This document shows, piece after piece, positions 28,753 through 39,232 of a stretch of 64,000 bases of DNA (within the stretch, counting starts at the first letter, position 1; each line of letters starts with the position of its first letter). The stretch is from NCBI GenBank assembly GCA_040386315.1, contig JAZKFS010000001.1:24099-88098 (forward strand). The letters are read 5' to 3'. The DNA is from Bacteroidota bacterium (GTDB lineage Bacteria; Bacteroidota; Ignavibacteria; Kapaibacteriales; DASPKH01). Made by a program: the position numbers and the translations under genes. The notes beneath the pieces are model-generated. The model was not told the DNA's origin, searched no databases, and saw only the letters and a list, made by a program, of their open reading frames with translations.

Positions 28753-29856
28753 TTATACATTAGTTATTTCTTTGTGATTATTAGTTTGCTCTCTTATTAT
28801 ACCCAATTCCTTTTTATAAAGATTAGCACTAACCAGGTTCGCCTTGCCCCAAAGTGTTGTTAATTTTTTGTCGGACCAGTTATAAACTGGCTCATTATTT
28901 CTTTCTTTTGCCGGATTAAGAAAGCCGGTATATAATAAGGTTAAATACAGTGCCAAAACACGATTTTCAATAAATTCTGTAGGCTTATTATGATAATTTG
29001 CTACCTGAGGAATAATAAGTTTCGGTAACAGATACAAAAATGAGGGATATTGGGAAACAAAAGCCATATTCCAAGTTTGATACAGATTGGCCCACTCTTT
29101 GGGTAGTGACATTCTGATACGAATAGTTTTCTTATCTTCTGACCATATGGAAGGCCCAGCACCTGTCAACGGATCTTCTTTCGCAGCCCCAGCACGATTA
29201 ACTACAAGAGGCAGGCAGGCCTTAGCATTATCTTTATTGCCCTTTAGAAAATCAAAAAGGTAAGCCTCCAGAATATTAAGAGGCAGCAACCAGCGAAAGG
29301 CTCCTGGAGGAACAACCCCTGTTTTATGCATTTCTAATTTTTTCAGGAGACCAGCTTCTATACTTAATAATTTTACTTTATGAAAAAAACTAGGATGCCG
29401 AAATACCTGTGCTTTATTTTTTCTTTCCCGGAAAATATTTGTTAAAAGAATAATGAATTCTGGGTCTTGGGCCATCTGTATAGATAATCGCTCTAGTACA
29501 ATGGCAAAGGCTAATAAATCGGGAATTACATAAGTCCCCTCCTCTTTAAACTTTTCCGTTAGGGTTTCAAATCTCTCGCTCCCAACCTGCTCCAGAAAGT
29601 TTACTAAATATTCATTTTTCTGGGCAAGTTCAGTCATTTCCCAAACAAAAGACTTCGTGCGGTTTTCCGTCCAATTTTTGCCTAAAAGTTCATCAGACTT
29701 TTTTTGTAACTGGGGGTGTACCCAATTCATTTGGTTATCTAATAGCTGGAAAATTTGGTAATGCTTTACCATTAATTGAAACATACTTTCACTATCAATG
29801 CCATTAAGGCACTCGTTAATCTTATCGGCTATTTTGTTTAATACCATTATTTGCAC
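28753..29856 (-). CDS. Hypothetical protein (367 aa) within the pfa-like operon
   Basis: The ORF is long and uninterrupted, co-oriented with the flanking PKS genes and tightly spaced to them. No motif was recognised. Confidence 0.4.
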   Translation of the reverse strand: MQIMVLNKIADKINECLNGIDSESMFQLMVKHYQIFQLLDNQMNWVHPQLQKKSDELLGKNWTENRTKSFVWEMTELAQKNEYLVNFLEQVGSERFETLTEKFKEEGTYVIPDLLAFAIVLERLSIQMAQDPEFIILLTNIFRERKNKAQVFRHPSFFHKVKLLSIEAGLLKKLEMHKTGVVPPGAFRWLLPLNILEAYLFDFLKGNKDNAKACLPLVVNRAGAAKEDPLTGAGPSIWSEDKKTIRIRMSLPKEWANLYQTWNMAFVSQYPSFLYLLPKLIIPQVANYHNKPTEFIENRVLALYLTLLYTGFLNPAKERNNEPVYNWSDKKLTTLWGKANLVSANLYKKELGIIREQTNNHKEITNV

Positions 29857-29885
29857 CTATTGCTACTCTTACGTTTAATTTAGTT

Positions 29886-32800
29886 TCATTCAATAATTTG
29901 AAAAAGCGGATTCATTTTTCCTAGAATAGGATTAATAAATGGCTTATGATAACTCTTAAAGCCCATAAACTGGTACAAAGGCAATAATTCATCCCTACAA
30001 AACATTAGAAGCAATCCTGGTCCCATTTTTAAAATGTGATCATAAACACCTACACACAAAGTTCGTAAGTCTGTAAAATCCCGGTAATCAGAATGAAATA
30101 TCAACTTATCGGTAAAATAAAAATCGTCGAATTTTTCCTGAAAAGCAGATAATTGATAGTTTTCAAAGAATTCCGAGCTAGCATTTGCCATTTTTAACAT
30201 GTTTAGCCGGCAAACACCAATTATTCTTTTATCCTTTTGAAGATAAAAATTTACACCTGTGGCATCGAGTTCATCAGTTATTATTTTTTCATTTTTATTG
30301 GGAAAATCATATCCCATATTTTCCGCATAAACTGTATACCGAAGCCGGTAGATTTCATCCAATTCTTCTTGAGTAGAGGCAATTTTTACTTTTCCCAAAC
30401 CCTTATCCACTACCCGCATTCCAATATTTGGGGCATGGTAAATTTTTAATCCATCAACCCACAAACGAGACTCTCCCATTACTGTAATGGCCTGTTCTTC
30501 TATGAGCACTTCCCTAACTTCAAAATCAATAGAAATCAACTTTTTATCGGGGGTAACTTGTCCTCTATAATGCCATTCTGTTTCTTCCATTATAGCAATC
30601 GGCTCAAAAACAGGATTATTCAGATGAGCGTGAAATCCTTGATCTAGCATATAAAACTGCATGAGTTGCACCATTGCTTCAATTCCCAGGGAGCCGGGTT
30701 GTACCGGATCCTGGAAAAAATGCACTTTAAAAAACCATTCGCTTTTTTCTACATCTTTTTCTGACTTGATATAACCTTTTCCATGTTTTCCACCTTCCGG
30801 ATAGAAAGCTACTATTCTGTCAATCATAAGCAATTTCGATGACGGAAGGCAGGCTGAACTTGCGCTGAAATATTTCTCAGGGAAGGAAGTTAAATCTACT
30901 TGGACATTGCTGGCCAGAGACACATTTACTTTTTCTTCTGAGGTAATGGCTAATCCCTTCTGGGTTTTCATCGACCCGGTATCAAAAAAGCCGAAAACCG
31001 TGTTCATAGTAAAAACAGGCTCATCGTTAATAGTAGAAACTACATCAAATTTTACAATGATGATTTCTCCCATTATCGATACACCAGTTAGGTCTGTACG
31101 GGTAATAATGGTTTTATCTGCGGGAGTAATTGGCCTATGTTGAATAGCTTTGCCATCGAGATTGCGGAACACCAAATCTTTATCCTTAATGTCATGCTGG
31201 CAAATAAAGGTACTAAACCAACCACAAGGCTGTAATGCTACCTCCATTAATACCCCGTATGGCATGGTTTTATAACCATTTTCCCTGAAATACCAAACAT
31301 CCTCCGAAATATCGTACTCTGCCACCGCAAATGACTTAGCCTTGTAATTTCCGGGTTCTAGCTGGTAATCGGCAATGCGAGTCATAAAATGATATGGAGG
31401 ACCTGGTAATCGTGGGCTTCTGTCCGATCCATCGTAATGATTAAAATCAGGTCCGAAGGCATCTGCTGGCCGACCCAAAGCACAATTAATCAAGGATTCG
31501 TACCCAAATTTAAATCCTTTATAATTGGCGATAGGCTTTCCAACTACATCCTCCTCAATTAAATGCCGCATAGTAGCCAAAGGCCAATCAGGAACAAGTC
31601 TTAAGCCAAGGCCTTCACAAAGAAATGCTTTATTGCCATCTACTGTAGTTAAAACGTGGGCATAAATTGTAGGATATTCGCCATCAATGATTTCCGAAAC
31701 AAAAATTTCATAAGTAACTTTTTCAGATTCCGGGGTAACCTGTCCGCGACAAACAAACTTGTATTTATCGTTAGTAACGGGTTCAAAACGCCAACCGTCT
31801 TTGTTAACCGTTAACCCGGCTCCTACCATATAAAAAGCCATCATCTGCATGCAGGCATCAGCCATTAAGGTACCGGGCATGCAAGGATCATTTTTAAAAT
31901 GGCCTTTGAAGTACCAGTCATTCGGATTTACAGTTGTCTCTGATTTCAGATATCCTCTTTTTGCAGGTCCTCCAAGCAGATCGAAAGTGGTTATATTTTC
32001 TATAAAATTCTGATATCCGGCTTGTGACCGGGGAGTTCTGGTATGAGTTGTAGTCCAGTTTAATTCTTCTCCGAAACAAGTAACCATATCTCCTAACGTA
32101 TAAGCAACAACCTCTTCAGAACTAAAGGATTGTTTCTTAGTTGGGCTTTTTAGATGTGGAAGAGCGGAAGAACTATATGCTGCTTTTTCAGGATCCCATA
32201 TAATTCCTTTAGACTCTTTTAGCTCTTCCTTTGTAAAGAATCCAGCCTGCCCATTTCTTACTGATATTCTAAGGTTGCCATCAATATGGCAGTCATAATG
32301 GAAAAAGAATAATGTTGTTTCTCCTGTTTTCGCATAGCCGTCAACATGAATTTCATATTTTAGCGTATCACCGGGCTTTGGTAACTCACCAAAGAATTCC
32401 AATTCGCAGCCTAGTAAACGGTATGCCCTTTCACCTTTATTCTGAAAATCAATTCCCAGATACGATATAAGCAGTAAGTCTGCCTGACCTGCTTCTATAA
32501 AGATCCCGGGAGGCATACGGTTATTATGCAAATACCAGCTCTGCTCTGTTACATCAGTTTCTGTCCAAATAGTACCCAGCTTTAGCGAACCAGGTTCTCC
32601 TTTGATACCCGTTACTCTGTCACACAGCAATAAGGGAGGCTCAGGCATTCTCACTTGAATGTCATATTGATCCTGCTTTTCAAATAAAGATCCAAAGACA
32701 GAAGATATTTTTCCAGATGCAAGAATCTCTAACTGCTCTCTGCTAAATTTTGGGCCCGGCAGTCCCTTAACATCTTCAAGCAAAGCAGTGGAAACCTTCA

Positions 32801-35800
32801 ACTCTTCACCTTGTAGAATAGAAGAAGAAGCAGGTAATTGCAAATCTCTATTTTCTTTATTGACTATAAACTGACTATTCGATGAGATACCTTCATCAAA
32901 TGGATATTGCTCTAATGGGACTACATTTCTCTGGCCTTCATTTATCAATTGGCTAGCCATGTTTTGCAAAAGATTTGTAAAATCTCTCTGGGCTTTTAAC
33001 TGTACTTTAAGGAAATTATCATATACTTCAGTCATTATGTTATGTTGATCTAATATCATGTCTGTTATAAAGCCTGAGCTTTCCATTACCTGGTCATTAT
33101 TTACAAACTGCACGGTTTGATCAGAAACTTGGAATGTTTGAGTTGCTGCCATATTTTCTTCTTTATTCTCAGCTGAAATAATCGAAGGTATATTTCGCAT
33201 CACTCTTTTTGTCACTGCTATCTGAGGTGCTCTTTCCAATATATGTGGCGAATTCATAGGTTTTTCAGATGCTGAAGTATGAAACATTTTATTTTGGGAT
33301 ACCATCTTATTATGTATTTGCTCAATGTGCATGGGAAATTTAATTTCCATCACTGGCTGTTCTGTTTTACTCATGGCAGCCAAAACTTCCAGATTTACCG
33401 GAACACCAGCACACCACAATTCTGTGCTGGCTCTAAAAGCTTCCAAGAGGTCAGATTGTCCGAATTTATCTAAAGCTACACTTACAAAATCTCGTCCTTG
33501 TAGAATTTCATGGATCGCTAAGGTTAAGCTGTTACGTGGACCGTGTTCTACAAATACGCGGACACCATCTTTATATGCTTTTTCTACAATTCTGGTAAAA
33601 TCAATAGGCTGCAAAGCCTGGCCGGTTAAGGCGTCAGCGACTGTCTCTGAAGTGGGTGAATAAATGCCATCCAGGTAATTAGAATAGAATCTAACATCTT
33701 CAACTTTATTTACCTTTCTGGTATGTAGCTTCCGCCATTTATTTTCATATGGAATTGCAGGAGCACAATGAACAGCAATATCGTGATGTAATGGCATTGC
33801 TTTTTCAGCACCAATATGGTGTAGTATTCTTGCGCAGGCTTCTTTATCACCGCCAATTACACAATCACTTTTTGTATTTACTATGGTCAGATATACGCGC
33901 TCTTCATTAACCAGGAGCTCTCTGACCTCCTCTACAGGTGCTAAGATTCTCCAATTTTCCCAATCCACTTTTTCATGAGTCTTCAATCCCCAGTATTCTT
34001 TTACCGAATTGAAATCTACTGCTAATGATGAACGGTACAGTTCACTTTCGTAAATATCCTCTAACAGGGTGTCCATATCTTCCCAAACACCAAAAGCAAA
34101 CATAGAATTGGTTTCTCCTGATGAAAGTCCGATAGAGGCATCAGCCTTTAATCCCAGTACCTTCCGAGTAAACGTAGAATGCACCTGGCACATCAAAGAA
34201 GAGCCAGTTAATTGGTAAAATGGCAGCTTTCCTTTCGGGCTATTTGTTTCATATATCCAGTCTCCTGCAAAAGCCGGGTTTTTGCAGAAATGTTCTACTC
34301 CTTCCACCAATCCCGGAAACTCCTGTAAAAGATCCCTTCCCATTTGAGGATAGGCTGATGCCGCACCTGTAAATACAAAGGCTACCTCTCCATTTATCTT
34401 TTGAGATCTATAATGTATAAAAGGGGTGATCCAACCATTGATCTTTTTTTCCTGTTGCAATAATTGTAAAGACTGTTCTTTATGCTTTTGCAAATCCTCT
34501 ATTGAAGAAATAATTCCCAGGCGATGTGTACCATCCTGAGAATAAACATTTTCTTTTATTGAATTAATAAGCGATACTTTATCATTACCGGAGTAACAAT
34601 GAATCAACAAGGATTCCGTACTACGGATTTTTATATCGTTCAATGGTTGAGAATGAACAAAGACATCACTTTTAGCTCCGAATAATGAATAACATGTGAT
34701 TTTATAAGAATAGTCGTTGCTATTTTCCAGCAAAGGTTTTAAAGATGTAGCTTCATGTATCTGTAAACGATGGCGGGTCAATAACACAGCGGTCGCGACT
34801 TCCAACAAACCGCTACTCGCATGAGAATAGCCGGTTTTGGACCTCATATAACCATTATCGAACGGGTAAACATTTTCACGCTTTTCATCTGAACCAATTG
34901 TTGCATAAATTGAATCGCCATCTGAAATCGCTTTATTATAGTCCTTTAAAACCAAAACAACTGCCGTGTTGCCTGAAGGAAGATTTATATCCAATACATT
35001 TGACAATGCTGCACGATTCACCAGCTCATCCGACATATCAACCGCTCCTACAATAGCGGCACTAAGTTCTCCATTTTGTATTGCGTCTATAGCCACCTCA
35101 AGGGCTTTTACGCCCGAAAGCTCTTCACATGAAACTGTAAAACCCGTTCCCGTTAAATCAAAATGATAGTTAATTCTATTTGCCGGAATATTTGGCATAG
35201 TACCCAAAGCACCTGCTGCATTTAGTACGGGGCTTATAGATTCTTCAAGTTGCTCCAATTCATTTCTTTCATATGCGATATTGCCTTTCTGTAGTAATTC
35301 CTTAAGTCTTATCCGGAATATATACCTGTTAATTTCGGCATCCGCCCCGATTCCAACAAATACCCCGGTACTTTCCTTATCCAGCTTAGCACCCTTTGCC
35401 AGCAATTGCTGAGTGGTTTGAAGCATTAATAACTGCTGGCCCAAAGCATACTTCAAATCAATTGGAGGAGAGCTTAGTTTATTAAGTTCAAATGTTATAT
35501 TTTCATTTGTATACTTGCTGGCATCTTCATTCAATAAGCACTTCACATAGTCGTTTGCGCTTTTGAATTTATCAGACTGTACTTCCACACCGACAACTGC
35601 AACTTTTCGCTTCTTTGGATTACTTTTATTTGTAGGATACTCGGTAAGAGGGTTCCATTCTTCCAATATCACATGCGCATTATTTCCACCAAAACCGAAG
35701 TTGCTTATTCCAGCTATCCTGTTTCCTTTGCTCTTCCAATTCGCAGGATCGTTGGAAACTGAGAAGCCGCTGTGTGCTAAACCTTCATTAAGTGGGAACG

Positions 35801-36971
35801 TATTCGGTGTGGGTGGCAACGTATTGTATTGAAATGCGCCTAATACTTTTATTATACTTCCAATGCCTGAAACAGTAATAGTATGCCCTATATTTCCTTT
35901 AAGTGAGCTTAGATGTATAGATGATGAATGACCGTACACCTCCTGCATGCTACCGATCTCAATAAGATCACCTGTAGTAGTACCTGTAGCATGACATTCA
36001 ATATAACTTACTTCCTTTGGATCAATTCCTGATGATGCCAAAGCATTTTTCATAGATCTTGCTTGCCCTTTTTGCGAAGGCGACAGGAATCCACCCTGTT
36101 TTCCATCATTGGAAAGCCCAATACCTCTGATAACACCCAGGATTTTATCATTGCTGGCAATGGCATCCTTTAATCTCTTTATCACAACAAATCCTGCGCC
36201 TTCTGCAGGTATTAATCCATTAGCATTCTTATTGAATGGGAGCGAATGACCTGATGGACTTAAGGCATTTAGGGCAGTAAATCCAACATGGAGGAATAAC
36301 TGATCGGACGCACAAACGCCACCTATCAGCATCATATCTTCTGTGCCATTTTGTAATTTATCACACCCTAATTTTAAGGCATATAATGAAGAAGCACATG
36401 CAGCATCTATGGCAAATGCATCACCTGCTAATCCTATTGCCTTGGCAGTAAGTATTGCAGGTAAACCCGACATAAAACGATTTACTGCTTCAACAGGTTG
36501 AGCCGGATTCTGCCACTCAGGAAATAAGGACAATAAACACTGCTCTTCATAGTATTGGCTAAAGGAACGTGTTGGATAAGAAAGATTACCCATTATCAAA
36601 CCAGTTCTTTCTGTCACTTCATGACCAAAATACCCTGCATCTTTTAGCGCAGCCAATGCAGAATGAAAGCTCCACTTAAAAAGCGGGTCTAAACCCTTTA
36701 CAATACTCGCATCAAGCAAATAAGCATTAGCATCAAAAACCTCTTCAAAACCTTTGATGTAACCACCAAAGCTATGCCAAGCTTTGTTTTTTAATGATAT
36801 CTCACCTCCTTCAGCAAGCACTTCATTTATCTGTACTCTCCAGTCATCAGAAGTTCCAGCTGTGATATTTACTTCATTATTCGACACCATTTGCCACAGT
36901 TCCTCAGGTGTAAAACATCCTGGAAGAACACATCCCTGCCCGATAATTGCTACTGGTTCAAAATTTTTCAA
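29886..36971 (-). CDS. PfaB/PfaC-like multidomain PUFA/polyketide synthase subunit: KS - KS-like (chain-length-factor-type) - AT - two FabA-like DH domains - C-terminal putative acyltransferase domain
   Basis: The KS domain has DAACASSLYALKLGCDKL (active Cys), ECHATGT and GHTITVSG. The second KS-like domain spans about aa 450-780. The AT domain has VAFVFTGAASAYPQMG and GLSSGE (GxSxG). The two hot-dog DH domains contain FFKGHFKNDPCMPGTLMADACMQ and WFFKVHFFQDPVQPGSLGIEAMVQ (FabA-type active-site His). The C-terminal roughly 190 aa (30464-29886) contain an HSDYRD (HxxxxD) motif. Confidence 0.85.
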   Translation of the reverse strand: MKNFEPVAIIGQGCVLPGCFTPEELWQMVSNNEVNITAGTSDDWRVQINEVLAEGGEISLKNKAWHSFGGYIKGFEEVFDANAYLLDASIVKGLDPLFKWSFHSALAALKDAGYFGHEVTERTGLIMGNLSYPTRSFSQYYEEQCLLSLFPEWQNPAQPVEAVNRFMSGLPAILTAKAIGLAGDAFAIDAACASSLYALKLGCDKLQNGTEDMMLIGGVCASDQLFLHVGFTALNALSPSGHSLPFNKNANGLIPAEGAGFVVIKRLKDAIASNDKILGVIRGIGLSNDGKQGGFLSPSQKGQARSMKNALASSGIDPKEVSYIECHATGTTTGDLIEIGSMQEVYGHSSSIHLSSLKGNIGHTITVSGIGSIIKVLGAFQYNTLPPTPNTFPLNEGLAHSGFSVSNDPANWKSKGNRIAGISNFGFGGNNAHVILEEWNPLTEYPTNKSNPKKRKVAVVGVEVQSDKFKSANDYVKCLLNEDASKYTNENITFELNKLSSPPIDLKYALGQQLLMLQTTQQLLAKGAKLDKESTGVFVGIGADAEINRYIFRIRLKELLQKGNIAYERNELEQLEESISPVLNAAGALGTMPNIPANRINYHFDLTGTGFTVSCEELSGVKALEVAIDAIQNGELSAAIVGAVDMSDELVNRAALSNVLDINLPSGNTAVVLVLKDYNKAISDGDSIYATIGSDEKRENVYPFDNGYMRSKTGYSHASSGLLEVATAVLLTRHRLQIHEATSLKPLLENSNDYSYKITCYSLFGAKSDVFVHSQPLNDIKIRSTESLLIHCYSGNDKVSLINSIKENVYSQDGTHRLGIISSIEDLQKHKEQSLQLLQQEKKINGWITPFIHYRSQKINGEVAFVFTGAASAYPQMGRDLLQEFPGLVEGVEHFCKNPAFAGDWIYETNSPKGKLPFYQLTGSSLMCQVHSTFTRKVLGLKADASIGLSSGETNSMFAFGVWEDMDTLLEDIYESELYRSSLAVDFNSVKEYWGLKTHEKVDWENWRILAPVEEVRELLVNEERVYLTIVNTKSDCVIGGDKEACARILHHIGAEKAMPLHHDIAVHCAPAIPYENKWRKLHTRKVNKVEDVRFYSNYLDGIYSPTSETVADALTGQALQPIDFTRIVEKAYKDGVRVFVEHGPRNSLTLAIHEILQGRDFVSVALDKFGQSDLLEAFRASTELWCAGVPVNLEVLAAMSKTEQPVMEIKFPMHIEQIHNKMVSQNKMFHTSASEKPMNSPHILERAPQIAVTKRVMRNIPSIISAENKEENMAATQTFQVSDQTVQFVNNDQVMESSGFITDMILDQHNIMTEVYDNFLKVQLKAQRDFTNLLQNMASQLINEGQRNVVPLEQYPFDEGISSNSQFIVNKENRDLQLPASSSILQGEELKVSTALLEDVKGLPGPKFSREQLEILASGKISSVFGSLFEKQDQYDIQVRMPEPPLLLCDRVTGIKGEPGSLKLGTIWTETDVTEQSWYLHNNRMPPGIFIEAGQADLLLISYLGIDFQNKGERAYRLLGCELEFFGELPKPGDTLKYEIHVDGYAKTGETTLFFFHYDCHIDGNLRISVRNGQAGFFTKEELKESKGIIWDPEKAAYSSSALPHLKSPTKKQSFSSEEVVAYTLGDMVTCFGEELNWTTTHTRTPRSQAGYQNFIENITTFDLLGGPAKRGYLKSETTVNPNDWYFKGHFKNDPCMPGTLMADACMQMMAFYMVGAGLTVNKDGWRFEPVTNDKYKFVCRGQVTPESEKVTYEIFVSEIIDGEYPTIYAHVLTTVDGNKAFLCEGLGLRLVPDWPLATMRHLIEEDVVGKPIANYKGFKFGYESLINCALGRPADAFGPDFNHYDGSDRSPRLPGPPYHFMTRIADYQLEPGNYKAKSFAVAEYDISEDVWYFRENGYKTMPYGVLMEVALQPCGWFSTFICQHDIKDKDLVFRNLDGKAIQHRPITPADKTIITRTDLTGVSIMGEIIIVKFDVVSTINDEPVFTMNTVFGFFDTGSMKTQKGLAITSEEKVNVSLASNVQVDLTSFPEKYFSASSACLPSSKLLMIDRIVAFYPEGGKHGKGYIKSEKDVEKSEWFFKVHFFQDPVQPGSLGIEAMVQLMQFYMLDQGFHAHLNNPVFEPIAIMEETEWHYRGQVTPDKKLISIDFEVREVLIEEQAITVMGESRLWVDGLKIYHAPNIGMRVVDKGLGKVKIASTQEELDEIYRLRYTVYAENMGYDFPNKNEKIITDELDATGVNFYLQKDKRIIGVCRLNMLKMANASSEFFENYQLSAFQEKFDDFYFTDKLIFHSDYRDFTDLRTLCVGVYDHILKMGPGLLLMFCRDELLPLYQFMGFKSYHKPFINPILGKMNPLFQIIE

Positions 36972-36983
36972 ATTTCTGCTTTA

Positions 36984-39092
36984 TTAATTCTTGTACATGT
37001 AAATTCTTAAACCAGTCATTTCTGCAAGTAGCTGCTGATCTTTATCCTTGAAGTGAATATCCCATTCAGAATCCTTATCTCCCTTCTTTCTCAGTGCCAG
37101 CTCGCAATGCATTTGAGAAGCAGGATAAGATTGTGTATATAACTTCAGGGAATCATAACCTAAGGGAAGTGATGAGTTATTACCAGTCCATTTATCCATT
37201 GCCAGCAACGCTAGTTGTATGCCGCCGTCAAAAAGAAACATATCTGATAACCACCTCATTTTACTAATATGGTTAGAATCAGAGATTTTTACAATACCCT
37301 TGCAACCATCTTCATTAATTCCTTCCAGCTTTTCAACTACCTGAAAATCGGGTCCATGAAAAAGGTGGCCATTATAAATGTCGTTTTTCTTCCAAGTCCA
37401 TGATTGTAGATTTTTTAGTTCTATACCTGAATCAGGAGCATTAGATATTGCATTAGATAAGTTTACTGTGACAGCATAATATGGCTGATTGCCTTCATCT
37501 TCAATTTTAATCTTGACTACTGCAGTGTTATTTTTTCTTTCCACACTATAATTAAAGAGAAGGATGTCTCCATTATTTTCAAAATTTTCAAGATGAATGC
37601 CTTTATAAACTTTCAGGTTGTTTACTTCAACTATCCTAAGATCCGGGCAAAGACTTTGGGCGAGGCGCATGCTCCATTCATTGGCCATCATCATTGGTAC
37701 AATGACCTTTCCCTCTATTCTATGACTTTCCAGAAAAGCATTGTTTGATTTGTGAATCCACATATTGCGGTAATTCTGTGATATGGGTCCCACTTTTTTA
37801 CCCCATCCATCAAATGCACCACCGACTACAACTTCTACATTGTCAATAGAGGCATCTTCCATTTCATCAGCAAACATTTCTACTCCTGTTCGCAATGGGA
37901 TCAGATCTACATCCATAGATTCAAAATGTTTCTTCAATTGCGGAGATACCATTCCGCCCTCCCAAGGTCCCCAATTGATTGATTTTACCACGCAGGTGTT
38001 TTTGCGTTTCTTCTGTTCTGCCTGGCAAACTTTGTTTAGTACTTCATTGGCCATAGCATAATCCACCTGACCTATATTCCCCATACGGGCAGCCACAGAA
38101 GAGAAACAACAGATATGTGTAAGTTTATCTTTTGCTGTTGCTTCTAGCAAATTGATAAATCCTGTAATCTTGGTATTGAAAACTTTATTAAACTGATCAG
38201 TTGTTTTTTCGTGTATATATTTATCAGCCAGTACTCCTGCTGCATGAACTATTCCGTGTATAGCACCAAACTCCTTTCTTATTTCATCCACAGCAGCTTT
38301 CACAGCATCTGCATTGGAGATATCTACAGAAAAATACTTTACAACTGAACCATCATTGGTTAGCACATTAATATTTTCCAGGACTTCCCTGTTGCCGAGA
38401 GTTTTTGAAACAGTCGCATTCACATCCATTGGAGAAACTTTCTGACCTTCTTTTATAGCCTGTTGAAATACTGCGTTTTTTAGTTCCGCGTCAGTTTTAT
38501 AACTGGCTAAATATGCTGGCTCTTCTTCCAATTTTGTTCTTCCCAAAATGCCGATATTCAGCTTTTTACGTTCTGATAAGGCAATAAGACATGCTGCAGT
38601 AACACCTTTGGCGCCACCGCTCACTATTATTGTATCACCATTATTAAGACTTTTCGAGTGATCGTTAATATCTACAACAGTAGAAATTAATTGATATCTG
38701 TTTCCAGATGCATCAATTTCTATTTCTGTAACAGATCCGCCAGAGGTAATAGCATCAAAGAGTTCGTTTGCAATTTTTACAGCAGCCTTTCCGCTACAAT
38801 CAATATTAATAGATTGAACGTCAGCATTAGGCCATTCCAATTTAGCCGTTTTAGCCAGGGCACTTATCCCACCTGACCAGGCTCTGTTGTTATTTTTTTT
38901 ACTTGCTAATCCATTATCGAAAGGGAGTATTAAACAACCGCTTCCCGTAAACAACGTTTTGGCACAGGTCTGAGCTATCTCAAAAGTATCTGTATTGACA
39001 GCAAGAATCTGCTCAATGGTATTATTAGCATATATATTGAGTCCTCTCAAATTAATGACGTAAGCAGCACTTTCCGGTAAACTGCTTACCAC
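36984..39092 (-). CDS. Ketoreductase + PKS-type dehydratase (KR-DH) protein, equivalent to the C-terminal third of a canonical PfaA
   Basis: The Rossmann motif is IIVSGGAKGVTAACLIAL and the KR catalytic motif is GQVDYAMANE (YxxxN). The C-terminal hot-dog fold contains LFHGPDFQVV. The gene starts 13 bp after the stop of the preceding large pfa gene. Confidence 0.8.
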   Translation of the reverse strand: MVSSLPESAAYVINLRGLNIYANNTIEQILAVNTDTFEIAQTCAKTLFTGSGCLILPFDNGLASKKNNNRAWSGGISALAKTAKLEWPNADVQSINIDCSGKAAVKIANELFDAITSGGSVTEIEIDASGNRYQLISTVVDINDHSKSLNNGDTIIVSGGAKGVTAACLIALSERKKLNIGILGRTKLEEEPAYLASYKTDAELKNAVFQQAIKEGQKVSPMDVNATVSKTLGNREVLENINVLTNDGSVVKYFSVDISNADAVKAAVDEIRKEFGAIHGIVHAAGVLADKYIHEKTTDQFNKVFNTKITGFINLLEATAKDKLTHICCFSSVAARMGNIGQVDYAMANEVLNKVCQAEQKKRKNTCVVKSINWGPWEGGMVSPQLKKHFESMDVDLIPLRTGVEMFADEMEDASIDNVEVVVGGAFDGWGKKVGPISQNYRNMWIHKSNNAFLESHRIEGKVIVPMMMANEWSMRLAQSLCPDLRIVEVNNLKVYKGIHLENFENNGDILLFNYSVERKNNTAVVKIKIEDEGNQPYYAVTVNLSNAISNAPDSGIELKNLQSWTWKKNDIYNGHLFHGPDFQVVEKLEGINEDGCKGIVKISDSNHISKMRWLSDMFLFDGGIQLALLAMDKWTGNNSSLPLGYDSLKLYTQSYPASQMHCELALRKKGDKDSEWDIHFKDKDQQLLAEMTGLRIYMYKN

Positions 39093-39232
39093 CTTAGTGG
39101 TTGTACCAACTGTGTGAAATAACCTTTCCAGCTGTTTGGCTATACCTTGATCATCTTCTACTATGTATAAGATATCCGCTTTTTTCCAGCTGGTATATCC
39201 AAATCCATTATCAGCTATCGGCGCACGGGAAA

